Part shown: piece by piece, positions 1 through 15,610 of the stretch | How the letters are laid out: every line of letters begins with the position of its first letter | Position numbering within the stretch: position 1 is the stretch's first letter | Assembly: GCF_009914755.1 (NCBI RefSeq) | Contig: NC_060947.1 | Source: the human T2T-CHM13v2.0 reference genome, Homo sapiens | DNA: 64,000 nucleotides | Reading direction: 5' to 3' (one strand) | Notes under the pieces: generated by a model | Databases searched by the model: none | Told to the model about the DNA's origin: nothing | The model's input: only the letters and a program-made list of their open reading frames with translations | Made by a program: the position numbers and the translations under genes

Positions 1-107
1 ACTCCCTCTGCCTTGAATTTCCCTACTGAAGAGACTAGACAGCTAACTTAGTCACTAATTCAGCTTCTCTGGAAGCCACAGTAGCCTGATTAAAGTAGTG
101 CTTTGTT

Positions 108-1257
108 TTCTAATTTCCCGCTTTATTGAAGCATGACTGACAAATAAAAATTGTATATACTTAAGATATACAATGTGATGAATTGATATACACGTAAAAT
201 GTGAATTAATTACACAATCAAGCTAAAAACATTTGAAACGCCTCACATACATACTTATTTTGGGCATGAGAACACTTAAGATTACTCTCAGCAAATTGTA
301 AGTACAAAATTCATTATTATCAACTATTGTTACCATTGTGTACATTAGATCTCCAGAATTTATTGATCTTATAACTTAAAGTTTGTACCCTTCACCAACA
401 TCTCCCCATTTCCCTCACTCATCCAACCCCTAGTAACCACCATTCTACTCTTCTGATTTTATATTCCATATATAAGTGAGATTATACAGTATTTGTTGAC
501 CTGTGTTTGCCTTATTTCATTTAGCTTAATGTTCTCCAGTTTCACCCATTTTTACACAAATTACAAGATTTCATTTTTTTTAAGGATAAAGAATGAATTG
601 ACAGAAGTAGGCTTCAGTAGCTGGGTAATAATAAACTTCATTGAGCTAAATAATTAGATACAAACACACATACATATTGTATTTATACATACATATGTAT
701 ACAAAATTTTATTTATTCATTCATCTATTAATGAGCACTTAAGTTTATTCCATATTTTGGCTATTATGAATAGTGCTGCAGTACATCAGAGTGCAGATGT
801 CTCTCCAACATAGCATTTTCATTTCCTTTGGATATATATCTATAATTGGGATTGCTGGATCACATCATAATTTTATTTTTAATTTTTGAGGAACGTCTAT
901 ATGATTTTTCATAATGGCTGTACCGATTTGCATTCCCACCAACAGTGCACAATGGTTCCTATTTCTCAACACCCTCACCAATATTTGTGATTTTTTGTCA
1001 TTTTGATGATAGCCATTCTCAAAGGTGTGAGATGATACGTCATTGTGCATTTGATTTGAATTTCCTAATGATTAGTCATGTGGAGCACCTTTTTATAAAC
1101 CTGTTGGCCATTTGTATATCTTCTTTATGAAAAAACCATTGTGTTCATTTGCCCATATTTTAATTAAATTATTTATTTTTTTGCTATTGAGAGGTATGAG
1201 TCCCTTACATATTTTGGATATTAACCTTTTTTGGATGTGTGGTTTGCAAATATTTTT
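108..1257 (-). mobile_element. LINE-1 L1MA-type (L1MA8/9-like) 3' UTR and ORF2 3' end, antisense
   Basis: Antisense L1M 3' end (ctttattgaagcatgactgacaaataaaaattgtatat..., ccattctcaaaggtgtgagatgatac). The 865-1050 minus ORF gives a degenerate ORF2 C-terminus ([15 protein letters not shown]...VPQKLKIKL). Confidence 0.85.
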
Positions 1258-1259
1258 AA

Positions 1260-1765
1260 AAGCCACACAGAACTAAAATATGTATTAGAATTAGTAGACA
1301 AGCATATCAAAAAACTGTTTTAACTTTATTTCACATATTTTAAAGGTTAAGTACAGAAATGCAAGATATAAAGACACCATAAATAAAACTTCTAGAGCTG
1401 AAAACTACAATGTGTGAGATGTATACAATAAAAAATACACTGGATTGGCAGAATAAAATGTCAGTAAACTTAAGAACAAACAATAAAAACTATTCAAAAT
1501 AGAAAACAGGAGAAAATGGAATTTTAAAAATGAAAAGAACATAAGTGAGCTGTAAGAACATTTGTATGTGGCCAAAATGACATGAAATTGGAGTCCCTGA
1601 AACGTCATGGAGAGGAATCAGACTACATTTAATTATATACTTTAATAGTGAAATTTTCCCAATTTAAGATTATATAGTCATAAATATAAAAAAGATTATA
1701 TACTCATAAATATAAAAAATTCAAGAAACTCCAAGTACAAGAAACATTTAAAAATTCACCAAAAA
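1260..1765 (+). mobile_element. Ancient L1M (L1MD-like) ORF1 fragment
   Basis: A-rich decayed ORF1 coiled-coil/RRM sequence (aaacttctagagctgaaaactacaatgtgtgagatg..., gaaattggagtccctgaa). Confidence 0.65.
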
Positions 1766-1789
1766 AATTCTGGGGAAAAGCATGGAATA

Positions 1790-4020
1790 GAGAGCAGCCA
1801 GGATGGATTAATAGAAGCAGCTGCACTCTGTGGCTCCCACTGAGAAGGATGAAAACTGCGAGTGAACTCTGCATCTTCAATTGAGGTACCAAAGTTCTCT
1901 TACTGGGACTGACTAGGTGGTTGGCACGAACCACTAACAGCGAGCAAAAATGGGATGGAGGAAGGGCCCACCGGGGACGTGCATGGGGCAAAGGAAACTT
2001 CCTCCTCTCGACAAGGGAGACGGTGAAGGATTGTGCGTTTCCTCCCTGAAAATCAGACTTTTCCCATGGATCCGTGCAACCTGTGGATTAGGAGGTCCCC
2101 TCCTGAGCCCACGCCACCAGAACCTTGGGTCCCAAGCACCAGGCTGTGGAGACTCACAGCAGCTGCTCAGGTGGACGGCCACTTTAAGCAGGCACTGACA
2201 CACAGGAGTATTTGCATGCTCTGACTCTGGGAACTCCTGTGAGGCAGAAGATCTGTCCACTTTCATGGGGAGGGGGCTGAAGCCAGGGAGCCAAGCAGCC
2301 TTGCTCCCACAGAACTCTACAAGCTAAAACACACTGGCTTGAAATCCCCACTAGCCAGCACAGCTGGCTAAAGACTGCCTAAGAAGACTGAGTTCCCAGG
2401 GGGATGGGCAGCTGTCATCACCGTGGCTCCAGTCAGCCACTTTCCCCTGCCACCAGTGCCAGCAAGAAGGAGGAGTCTAAATCTATAGCAACTCCCCACA
2501 GTACAGCACAGAGGCTGGATCAGTTTGTGGCCAGACTGCTTCTTTAAATAAGACCTGGATCCACTCCTCACTCACTGAGCAAGGCCTCCCTATGGAAATC
2601 TCAGCATCCCCAACCAGGGATTTATGGACAGAACTCTGATAACTCTGAGAGGAGACCCTAGGAGGAGGAGCAGCTGTAGTATTGTGGATCAGTGATCTTA
2701 GTCTTTTCTGCCTGCTCACTCTGGAGGGTCAGGGCAGCCCAGATGATGGGGATTCCCCCAGCACAGCACGCCTGCCCTGCCACGGGACAGACAGACTGCT
2801 TGTTTAAGTGAGTCTCTGATCTCACTTCTCCTGACTGATTGAGACCTCCCAACAGGAGTCTTGAGACACCTCATACAGAAGCATTCCAGCTGGCATCAGG
2901 TCAGTGCCCCTCTAGGACAGATCTCCCAGAAGAAGGAGCAGGTTGACATCTTTGCTGGTCTGCAGCCTCCACTGGTGATATCTCCAGGGGTGGAAGGAAC
3001 CCAGGAGATTAGGGTCTGGAGTAGACCCCAAGCAAACCAGAGCAGCCCTACAGAAGAGGGGCCTGACTACTCCAAGAAAAACAAACACAAAGTAACAACA
3101 TCAATGAAAAAGACCCCACAAAAACCCCATCCAAAAGTCAGCAGCCTCAAAGATCAAAGGTAGATAAACCAATGAAGATGAGTACAAAATCAACACAAAA
3201 ATACCAAAAACTCAGAAAGCCAGAGTGCCTCTTTACCTCCAAATGCTCTCAACATGTCTCCAGCAAGGGCACAGAACTGGGCTGAGGCTGAGATGGATGA
3301 ATTGACAGAAGTAGGCTTCAGAAGTTGGGTAATGAACTTCACTGAGCTAAACAATTATGTTCTCACTCACTGCAAAGAAGTTAAGAACCATGATAAAACA
3401 TTACAGAAGCTGTTAAACTGAATAACAAGTTTAGAGAAGAACATAAATAATCTGCTGGAGCTCAAAAACACAACACGAGAACTTCGTAATGCAAACACAA
3501 GTATTAATAGCTGAATAGACCAAGTAGAAGAAAGGATATCAGAGCTTGAAGACTATCTTGCTGAAATAAGGCACGCAGACAAGATTAGAAAAAAAAAAGA
3601 ATAAAAAGGAACCAACAAAATCTCCAAGAACTATGGGATTATGTTAACATAAGACAGAACCTATGACTGATAGAGGTACCTGAAAGAGATGGGGAGAATA
3701 GAACCAAGCTGGAAAACATACTTCAGGATATCATCCAAGAGAAATTCCCTAATCTAGCAAGACAGGCCAACATTCAAATTCAGGAAATCCAGAGAACCCC
3801 CCCCCCACCAAGTAAGATATTTCAAGAGAAGATCAGCCCTAAGGCACATAATCATCAGATTCCCCAAGGTCAAAATGAAGGAAAAAATGTTAAGGGAAGC
3901 CAGAGAGAAGGGCCAGGTCACCTATAAAGTGAAGCTCATCAGAATAGCAGCAGACCTCTCAGCAGAAACCCTACAAGCCAGGAGAGATTGGGGACCAGTA
4001 TTCAACATTTGTAAAGAAAA
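1790..4020 (+). mobile_element. Older primate L1 (L1PREC2/L1PA8-13 era): 5' UTR plus disrupted ORF1, 3'-truncated
   Basis: 5' end gccaggatggattaatagaagcagctgc... and a GC-rich 5' UTR. ORF1 runs from ~3178 with stops and frameshifts (MKEKMLREAREKGQVTYKVKLIRIAADLSAETLQARRDWGPVFNI). Confidence 0.9.
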
Positions 4021-4290
4021 GATGTCTTCTTTTGAGAAGTGTCTGTTCATATCCTTTGCCCACTTTTTGATGGAGTTCTTTTTTTCTTGTAAATTTGTTT
4101 AAGTTCCTTGTGGATTCTGGATATTAGACCTTCATCAGATGGGTAGCTTGCAAAAACTTTCTCCCATTCTGGATGTTGCCTGTTCATTCTGATGCTAGTT
4201 TCTTTTGCTGTGCAGGAGCTCTTTAGTTTAATTAGATCTCATTCGTCAATTTTAGCTTTTGTTGCAATTGCTTTTGGTGTTTTCGTCATG

Positions 4291-4292
<2 letters not shown>
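4021..4292 (-). mobile_element. L1PA7/8-like ORF2 segment, inverted relative to its neighbours
   Basis: atgtcttcttttgagaagtgtctgttcatatcctttgcccac...gcttttggtgttttcgtcatgaag is antisense ORF2 3' region. Confidence 0.92.
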
Positions 4293-5965
<1,673 letters not shown>

Positions 5966-6029
5966 ACACAGGAAAAATAATATACAGAAGATAAAATAAA
6001 ATACATAATAATATACAGAATATAACTCT

Positions 6030-6202
6030 TTTCAATTGCACAGTGGGCATTTACACAAATAGATGATATTCTGAGCCATAAAACAAACCTTGGTAAATTT
6101 ACAAATATTCAGGTTATACGAACTATGTTCTCTGACCACAATATGTAATTTCTACACTCATATAAAGCTCCAATAATCAACATTGAGTGGAACTGGCATA
6201 AT

Positions 6203-6241
<39 letters not shown>

Positions 6242-7575
6242 CGATAGATCGATAGATCTATCAATGAAATAAAATGGAATTTTAAGAAATATACTCACAC
6301 ATATTTCAAAAAATAATTTTTGAGAAATATACAAAGGCAATACAGTGGAGAAGGGAAAATCTATTCAATACATTGTGTGGGCATAAATGGTTATCCATAT
6401 GCCCAAAGTGGAATTTGATACATACGTTGGGTTACACACGCAGACCTGCACACAAATAGCAACTCAAAATGGATCATACCTAAATGTGAAATCTAAATTG
6501 TAAAACTTCTACATGAAAACCACTGTGACCTTGGGTTAGACAAATATGTCTCAGTTATGGCACCAAAGGCATGGTCCACAAAAGAACCAACTGACAATGT
6601 GGATGTCATCAAAATGAGAAGTTCATGCTTAGTGAAATACTCCATTAACAGCTGAAAAGATAAGCTACAGACCAAGAGAAATCATTTACAAACCACACAT
6701 TGAACAAGGGGCTTGCATATAAAATATATAAATAACTCTCAAGAGTAATTGATAAGATATTAAACAATTCAATATAAAAGAGGAACAAATTAGTACAGAC
6801 ACTTGACTAAAGGAGATAGAGGGCGAATAATCCTTCCAGAAATGCAAAATAAAGCTATAAAACCATCACATGACACATCTATGAAAATAACTAAAATACA
6901 TATTTTTAAAATGATAATACCAAGTGTTGGTGAATATATGCAGGAACTGCTACTCTAATGTGAACTGACTCAACCTCTTAGAAAAACAGTTTGGCAGTTT
7001 AAAGTTAAACAGATACCAGTCATATCTGTTTCACTCCTATGTGTTTACACAAAATATATGAAAGTGTATATCTATATAAACATTTGTACATGAGTGTTTA
7101 CAGCAGCTTTATTTATTATATCACCAGAATTGAAACAATTACAGGGTCCATCAACAGGTGAATGAATAAACACTTTGTTGTATATCTATAAAATTGAATA
7201 CTACTATAAAATAAAATAAATGTATTATTGTTACATGCCACAACATAGATGAATCCAAAATAATGATGATGATTGAAGGAAACAAGACAACAAAATTACA
7301 TACCCTATGATTCATTTTATATGATATGCTTGGAATTGCAAACCAATATATAGTGATAGAAAAGTTGGTGGTTACCTGGAAACAAAAGTGGGGTGGGGAG
7401 GGAATGATAGATGGGTTACAAAGGGCATGAGAAAACTTTTGGGGGTGATATGTTCTTTATCTTGATATTGCTGATGTTTTCACAGACATATGTCAAAATT
7501 TATTAAATTGTAGAGTTTCAATATATGCAATCTATAGTGTATGTCAATGATACTTCGATAAAGCTTTTAAAAAGA
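6030..7575 (+). mobile_element. Ancient L1MC/L1ME ORF2 fragments and 3' end
   Basis: Endonuclease-domain piece (ctatgttctctgaccacaat), ORF2 3' region (aactcaaaatggatcatacctaaatgtgaaa) and a 3' UTR ending atacttcgataaagcttttaaaaa. Confidence 0.7.
6203..6257. repeat. (GATA)n tetranucleotide microsatellite with GATC variants
   Basis: Directly visible tandem repeat. Confidence 0.95.
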
Positions 7576-9344
7576 AACATTTAAAAAATTAAACCTTTAA
7601 GATAATTTAGAGGAGGTTTGCCAACAAAAATCAGCAATGCAGGGACCTCTGAAAATTCAGCAGTTATTCAATAAAAACTGTGAATCTAGAAGCTGATTGT
7701 AATTTTCTACTCCTGGAAAATGGAAATGATAATTAGCCCTATAACCCTTATCAGGTAATTAGAAATATGTGCTCTTCATTGCAAATTAATTTCATTTGAG
7801 AAGTGAGCTACAAAGATACTTCTATTATTTGAAATGCAGTTTATAGGCTAATCACTGAAAGCACAAATTTTAGCAGGAACAAAGTAATGCTCATATTTGG
7901 AAATATGATGATATCTAAAAAGATGAGACCATGTAGAAAAAAAAGAGATACTACATATTAAAATTGTGATATTTATTCACAAAATAGTGTTTCACAAATG
8001 GAAAATCTCTGAGTAGAAGAGTGAGAAATGAGAAAAAATAGATATTTGCCTAAGAAAGAATCAGAAAAGGAAGGAGGAAGAAAAGAAAAATATATGCATA
8101 AGCCAAATGTTATAATGTTTAATACCAGAGAAAATATATGTTGATGTTTGTTTGAGTTATTGACAAAGCAAATACACTTTACCAAACTAAAAGTTTGTAT
8201 AAACTATGAGAAATTGTCAGTTGAGAAGGTTTTTATGTGTATTCAAATATGTCAAGTCCTAAAAGTATATTAATTCAATAGAAAAACAACTAGCTAAAAC
8301 TTTAAATTGCTTCATGGGATTGACTAAGTGTACCTGTGATATTTCAGTGTTGTAAGTAGTATGAAAAAGATCATACTAAATATCCTTTTTGTACATATTC
8401 ATATAGTTGCTCAAAGTGGACATTTCTATCATATGAAGGAGTTAATATATTCATCTCTCAATATGATACAGACCAATTGTCCCAAATAGCTAAATAATCC
8501 ACAAATTGATCCTCCTTCACAAATTAATTTAGGCACATACAATAGTTTATCTATAATTTTTCAGAAATTATATCTAAATTCTTGCTGTATATAATTTTTA
8601 ATTGACACAGAAGGCAGAATTGAAAGAGGAAAGTGAACAGAATTTCTATACATAAGAGATAAAAGTGGTATTTATTTCCTTTTTCCACTGGTGAGAGGCT
8701 CTTAAAAAGCATTTGAGGTGTGTTCCCCATAGTACTTATAAAAACTTATCCCTGTCCAAACTAAAATATCAGTATTCCTTCTTCATGTAAAGAACAGCAA
8801 AGCACATGAAGAACAGAACAAAACAATGGGATATAGGTTCAGGGAGGGCTCTAGTCAACTGTTCACACCAATACTTATTGTTTTATCTAAATAAAAGGTT
8901 TATCTTACGTATCTTTTGAAAATGGCACGATGTACATAAAAAAAATCTGCTTTCTCTGAGGCACATACATACTTCTCTGTTTTCCTTTATATATTTCCCT
9001 TCCATACAATGAGTCACTATTATTTTTAAAAAACTCATATATTTTAAAAAGTGGTTAAAGGATAGACAACCAATAGAAAACGAATTAGAACAATGATAAG
9101 ACACCAAATTATTGCCTGGTCAGATTCCATTGAACACAAGAAGTCACATTGTGCAAATGAAGTCCCAAGGGAACAAAAAATGCCACCTCAAAATTCATTT
9201 TTCAGAGTTGCTTTCCTTCAAATGTCTTTTTGTGGCATACTTTTATTTGCCTGTTTGTGATCCCCGAAGGCAGCACCTGCTGCACAAATATAAAATGTCC
9301 CTCTACTACCACATTCTTCATTTGGTTAGTTATGCAATTACACA

Positions 9345-9490
9345 CACAACTTAGCAACCATTTATTGGATGTGTACTATGAGCCAGGCCCAGGCATCGTA
9401 CTAACTAATGGGGATATAAAGATGGAAGAAATACAGAAACCAATCTCTCCTCCCCAAGAGTTCCCAGCCTATCTGGAACAACAATTGTGG
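9345..9490 (-). mobile_element. L2 3' end fragment
   Basis: caaccatttattggatgtgtactatgagccaggccc...ggggatataaagatg matches the antisense L2 3' terminus. Confidence 0.6.
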
Positions 9491-9549
9491 GGTCATGAAA
9501 TACAGTTGGTAAATGAAAAATAAGTATGGCTGACTTTTCTTGAACAGTT

Positions 9550-9750
9550 CCAATGTGAGGCTTACTGCGTTAACCGCTTTCTACATGAACTCAGTTAATC
9601 TAGCCAATAGACTGTGGGTGGATACAATCTGGGGCCTCATTTTACAGATAAGAAAATTGAGATTTAGAGAAAGGGATTTGTTCAAAGAACAGATAAACTG
9701 TGGAGTTTCCATTGAAACCAGGACACGCTGGCTCCATAACCCATATTCCC
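9550..9750 (-). mobile_element. MIR SINE
   Basis: Core motif cctcattttacagataagaaaattgagatttagaga. Confidence 0.7.
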
Positions 9751-11199
9751 AGTCTCTGGCCCAGAGGATAGAACACAAGCCCCATGCAATCCTAGTGTCT
9801 CCTAGATATTCATTAAGGAGTCATTCAAGTTCAGTCTACAACAAAAGATTTATTTGGGGGTATAGGGGGCACAAAAATGCTGACAGTGTCTTCCTGGCAG
9901 AGGGAGGAATCAATCTAAAAGGGTCTTAGACAACAGCTTTGAAGGATAAAAGAAGTCACTAAATTGTGAGATGAGAGCTTTACCTGGAATGTGGCATGGC
10001 ATTGGTTGGGGAAAATGGAAGGGGAGGAGGAAATCTGAGCGCCAATAGGTGACTGCTTAGGAACTGGGTCCTAAGCCACTTAACTTTCATCCTGGCCTCA
10101 CCTGTCCTCAGATGAGGCACTGAAGAGATGGGTATGGCTGCCCCATGATTTCTGCTGCCTGTGCTTAGTAATTTTACCCTTCTTCGGGGTGCTGTAGCTG
10201 TAACCGTATCCCATGCTTCTTCGGCTGGTTATCACTGCTGATTTTCCATGGCCCCTGAGGTGCCAAAGCTCTATTCTGTGGATAACTTAGGGAGAATTTC
10301 TCTTCCCTTCTGTGTTATATACTGTGTTGGGTGGGACTTGGGGAATAACAAGGCCCCAATGCATTCTGCTTTTTATTTCATAAAGAGGTGCTTTACTGAA
10401 ATTAGCTCTTTGAGAATTTAATCACATTTTTGTCCCTCAAGTTCAGACATGAATTCATAAAGGGCTGCTCTGCAGACACATCTGAATATCATTCTACACT
10501 GGATTTAGAATTATTCCTCCACTAACAGATAAAGGTTAAACATACACGGTTGATTAAGGATTCCTTTAGAAACATTATCTTCAAGAAAATTCTTAAGTCC
10601 CTCTTGTAAACAGGACTCTGGTGGTCCACGTGACTAGACAGGCATGAATCCTGTGATGTACAAAGCATAGGTTTAGGCCTCCTGTGCCACCCTTGAAATA
10701 CATATATTGAAGTTGAGGTAATCTGGACCACACCTACCAGCCTCTTCCTGCACTGTTCCCTTGTCTAACATTCCCAGTCTCCTAGCATCCTCTGCTCAGC
10801 ATTGGCAATACAAAACAAAAATATTGCACTTTTTGACAGCAAACACTTTGCAAATACAAGAAGGGCACAAAGCAATTATAATAAAACATAAAATTTTAAG
10901 TATGCGCTTGGTAGAGGACCAGCCTAAAGAGGGAATAATCAACTGTCTGTTGAGAGGGGCACGCATTGGATAAGAAATGCAAATGTATGTACCATTTAAC
11001 TAGAGTCTTGAAGGATGAGTCAGGGAAAGTTAAGACACAGAGATGGAGAGTGGCAGGTGTGGGTATGTCTAGGCAGGTTAGGGTGAATTTTCAGCTACCT
11101 GAGAGACAAAAGGGAAGATCCAAAGGTACAGGGGAGATGCTCAATAAATATTGAATAGGTGGAGGAATTAAAGGATAGCTGGTAACAAACTATATTCTA

Positions 11200-11395
11200 T
11201 AACATCTTACTGTTTCTGAAATGTGTTTGCTTAAATACTTTATATACTTTTCACAATACTCATAAAAAGGCAGGGTTTTTAGGTCATATCTTGCAGATGA
11301 CAAATTTGAAGTCTGAAAAGGCTAAATCACTGTCACAGGAGCGAAACAACTAAAATGCTACCAAGACCCCATAACCATGCCATTGCCACCTCAAT
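11200..11395 (-). mobile_element. MIR SINE (degraded)
   Basis: catatcttgcagatgacaaatttgaagtctgaaaaggctaaatcactg resembles the MIR core. Confidence 0.5.
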
Positions 11396-12318
11396 GGCCC
11401 CAGAGCCTCAGAAATGACACCCATCAGAAGCAACAAGCGGGGCAGAAGTGGTCCCCTGACTTTTTGACCTGTGTGTGTTGTGTTTCAGGTTCTATTTTAG
11501 TTCTTAGTTTAGATGCAATGTAACAATAGCTTTGTTTGAAATTTTCTTTGCTGTTAAGATTCCCGACATCACAACCTGCCATCTGAGAGGCCAGAGCAAT
11601 TTGTTTAGATGGTCTAGCTTTGAGAGAATTATTGAAGCCACACCTGCATTCTGAAATGCTGCCATGAAGCCTTAGCTGTAATCTGAAAACAAATTCTAAC
11701 ACTGAAATCTGATGTGATAAAACAGGTTACTACCTTTTCGTAAACAGATCATGCACAACACTATTCTATTGGAAAGTGGTGACCTTAATTTTTACCATCC
11801 AGGTAAAAACAACCCCCTCTTGTCTTCTAATATATGCTTTATTCCCACTGGATATTGGTATTGCCACCCTTTGTTTAAATTAAATCTTGAAGACATCACC
11901 AATGATTATAGTCATGAATGTCAGCATTAACGCCAGCAATAGTTGGTAACAAAAGCCAACCTATAGGAGTTTGTTTGCAGAAAGGGAGAAGTCTGGTTTA
12001 GGAAAATGAGGCAGAGTTGCTTGATATGCATTTCAATATTCACAACAAAGATTGATATAATACAATAAAAAATTATTGAAACCTGGAGGGACATTATTAA
12101 TAAGAAAAGTTATTAAGTTACCTTCCCAAACACTCATTATCAACTTTGCCAGAAAAGTGCACATATTATAAACACTGATAAAAATGTTACATGATCCGTG
12201 TCTCATTATGTCCAGGATACAGCATGAAGAAAGAAAATGTGAAAGTTAACTGAAAAGTCATTGCAGGAGGAAGATTCCATTGAGGCTACTAAGTGGAATG
12301 GCAAAATGATCCATGTGA

Positions 12319-12747
<429 letters not shown>

Positions 12748-13899
12748 TAAAGTGCAAAACTACACTGTTATTTCTTGCTCTTCAGATGTGTTGTCATAAT
12801 AATATGTATCTCATACCAATCCCATAGTCCACTGAATATATGGAATATAGAAATTTTCTGCAAAGGAACGCCCATCAAAAAGAATAGGTAACAAGGCTTC
12901 TAGGCCTGAAAGCATGCCTACATCTGTACAAAAAATATTTTAAAGAAAATATCACTTTTTAGGTTGGCTAGAGTAGGGGAATTATTTTTAATATCATTAT
13001 TTCCATCATATATGTTAGTATAATATGCAATGTATTATTTTTAATATAATATTTTTAAGATTATTATTTCCTTTCATAATGTGCTTCAAATTCTGCTATA
13101 TCACAAGCCACAATCATTTATCTATAGAAAACTGGAGCTAATTAATTTGAATTTGATGATGATGCCAATAGCAATTATAATGCAGTGATGAGTCTTGGCT
13201 TAGTCCTTGAAATGAGAAAGACAACAGCAATCAACTCCCTTAAAAAACATGTATTTAACAATTACTTTACGTTTGCTGCACCCTAAGGACAAAAAAAAAA
13301 TGTTCCATTCTAGAAAGAGCAGAGCAGAATTGAGAAAAATGGGCCCCTTCTAGACTCCAAATATTACTGTCATTTTATTACAAAGCTGATTTTTTTGGCC
13401 ACAAATGTTCATTCTACTTTTGTATTTAAAATGAGAGATTTATTATTATATGCATATGTTTATTTATTTGGAATTATATTTTATTCATGACACACCTAAT
13501 AACTAAAAACATTAGTTGTTATCATTAAAGTTAAAATTATCTTACATAGATATAATTACAAAATCTCGATCAAATATGCTTAAGATGTTTTTCTCCTTAT
13601 TTTCAACTTAGAAATAAATTTCTTAGTTTTCCATAAGCTCTCTAATATCTAGTTCTCCATTTTTCTTTCTATTCTGTAGTTTTATTTTTCGGTTTTCTCA
13701 ACTAGATACCTTAAAAAACCCATTACTATATTTAAATGAAGAAAATAAAGCACTCATTCTCAGAAAAAAAAGACTTTATTTTGCATTACTTGATTTCATA
13801 ATTTCAGTGGTTGCAGCTGTTGAATTTCATCACCTACTAGCTGACCAATATCAGTCATAGTAAAATGTCATGCAGCTATACCATAAAATCACATGTGGT

Positions 13900-13952
13900 A
13901 TATATATAGATAGATATAGATATAGATATAGATGTAGATATAGATATAGATA
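13900..13952. repeat. (TAGATA)n microsatellite
   Basis: Directly visible tandem repeat. Confidence 0.9.
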
Positions 13953-13974
13953 TGAATTACAATCTGACAAATTA

Positions 13975-14165
13975 TTTCTCTCTTTTCTTTTTTCCTTCTG
14001 GTTTTCTTTCCTCCCTTCCTTGCTTCTTTCTTCCCTTTCTTCCTTCTTTTTTTCCCACCTTCTTTTCTTCCTTCCTCCCTTCCTTGCTTCCTGTCTTATT
14101 TTCCTCCCTTCCATCTTTTTCGTTCCATTGCACTTTTCTTCCTTCATTTATTCCTTCCATCCATT
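13975..14165. repeat. CT-rich low-complexity tract (degenerate (TTCC)n/(TTTC)n)
   Basis: About 190 bp, almost entirely pyrimidines on the + strand. Confidence 0.9.
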
Positions 14166-14404
14166 CTTTGTTGTTCACCACTCTAGGATGCAGTCTATAT
14201 TGGTTTATATTCCTTCATTTGTTCAAGTGGTTCTGGGAAACCTGAATTACTTACCAGTTCAGTTAAAGTTTATTTTAGTGGTGCTTTCATCACTCCCTCA
14301 TACCTTGACACTTTCCAGGAATGCACCTTGGTGAATCACTTTGTGATCAAATTCTGAGCAGTGACAAGCACATATCTAATCAAGTGACCCTAACATAGCA
14401 GGTG

Positions 14405-14590
14405 AGTGCTCTAAAGAAGCTATATTCAACATGATGGAACGATAGAAAAAGAGGAGGTTAACCCTATCTGGCAGAACTTGAGAGGCTTCCAGAAAGAGGT
14501 AATATTTGATCTTGAATGGAATAATGAAGAGGAAGTAGTCAGACAGACAAGATAGGGTATTCCATTTGGAAGGAAACCAGGAGAAATGAC
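14405..14590 (-). mobile_element. L2 fragment
   Basis: gaggcttccagaaagaggtaatatttgatcttgaatgg...gggtattccatttggaaggaaacc is typical antisense L2. Confidence 0.55.
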
Positions 14591-15444
14591 TCTAATCCAA
14601 TCAACAACATCAACAGCAACAACAAAAATCATTGACTTAGTTAATATAGTTGTAAAATTTTATTGTTAAATATATATTTCATAGCCAAAGTCTAATCTTA
14701 TTTAGTCGCTGGTGGAGTTAAGTAAGACTTATAAAAAGTTCGTTTTGAAACCATGTTCCAGGAAAGCTATACTTAGCCTGAAAGAGCAGGCAGTGCTGCT
14801 AACCATCATAATGTTGTTCACATCATGCTGTTCCTGTCAGGGTAGACTGGATTGCTCTCAGGGTGATCAAAGGAGACCCTGGAAATGCCAGTGACTCATG
14901 ACGGTAAGATGTTGGGGAAATATCTTGAAAACTGGCATGTATTCGTGTGCTCTGATTTGTGAGACTTGTCAGAAATCTGAAATTGCTTTCTTTCTGTTGT
15001 AATGTCAGGTGATTTGTGCTGGGTATTATTTGAAACATTTAAACATTTTTCATACCTGTACTAATAGTGATGAATACCCTCAGCCATATGTGATATTGTC
15101 TCCTAGGAACAAGGAAGGAGTATTCATATTCATTTCAGATGCTTTTTTTTTGCCACACTATTGATATCTACACCTAATTATTTTACAAATCTCCCAGGTT
15201 GCACACATTATGAGTCTTTTTTGTATAAATACACTTTTATATTCTATTGGTTGCCTACTTTTTATGTTTCTATAAATATAGACTAGAACCCTATTCATAG
15301 AACAGATGTGTAGGTACATAAAAATGTGAAAAGTGTTATTGATTGCTATATTTCCTTAACATTACTGATATGGAAATTGAAAATCATAAATCCAGGAATA
15401 AAGCAATCCAAAACCATCTGAATGCAATGAGATACAAATGCTTT

Positions 15445-15610
15445 AAAGTTGTAGAACTTTATAGCCAAAAGTTATCTTAAAATGATTTACTTCAGTCTCC
15501 TATTATTGAATATAGGAAACTGAGGTCAAATGGGGTTATAACTTACTCCAGATTCCTCAGTTATTGAAAAATCCTGGAGTTAGAATACCAGTTTCATGAC
15601 TCCGAGCCAC
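15445..15610 (-). mobile_element. MIR/MIR3 fragment
   Basis: Core aggaaactgaggtcaaatggggtt...ggagttagaataccagtttcatgactcc. Confidence 0.6.

Noticed and set aside
1666-1717. 26-bp tandem duplication (also a ~15-bp one near 47885-47917)
   Set aside because: Ordinary slippage duplications in AT-rich decayed L1.
9540-9929. 129-aa ORF
   Set aside because: It runs through an antisense MIR core (LILQIRKLRFRE) and begins at a non-ATG codon; there is no coding signature.
13851-14334. Overlapping RY-repeat, F/S/L-rich and K/E/R-rich ORFs
   Set aside because: Products of the (TAGATA)n repeat and the CT-rich tract.
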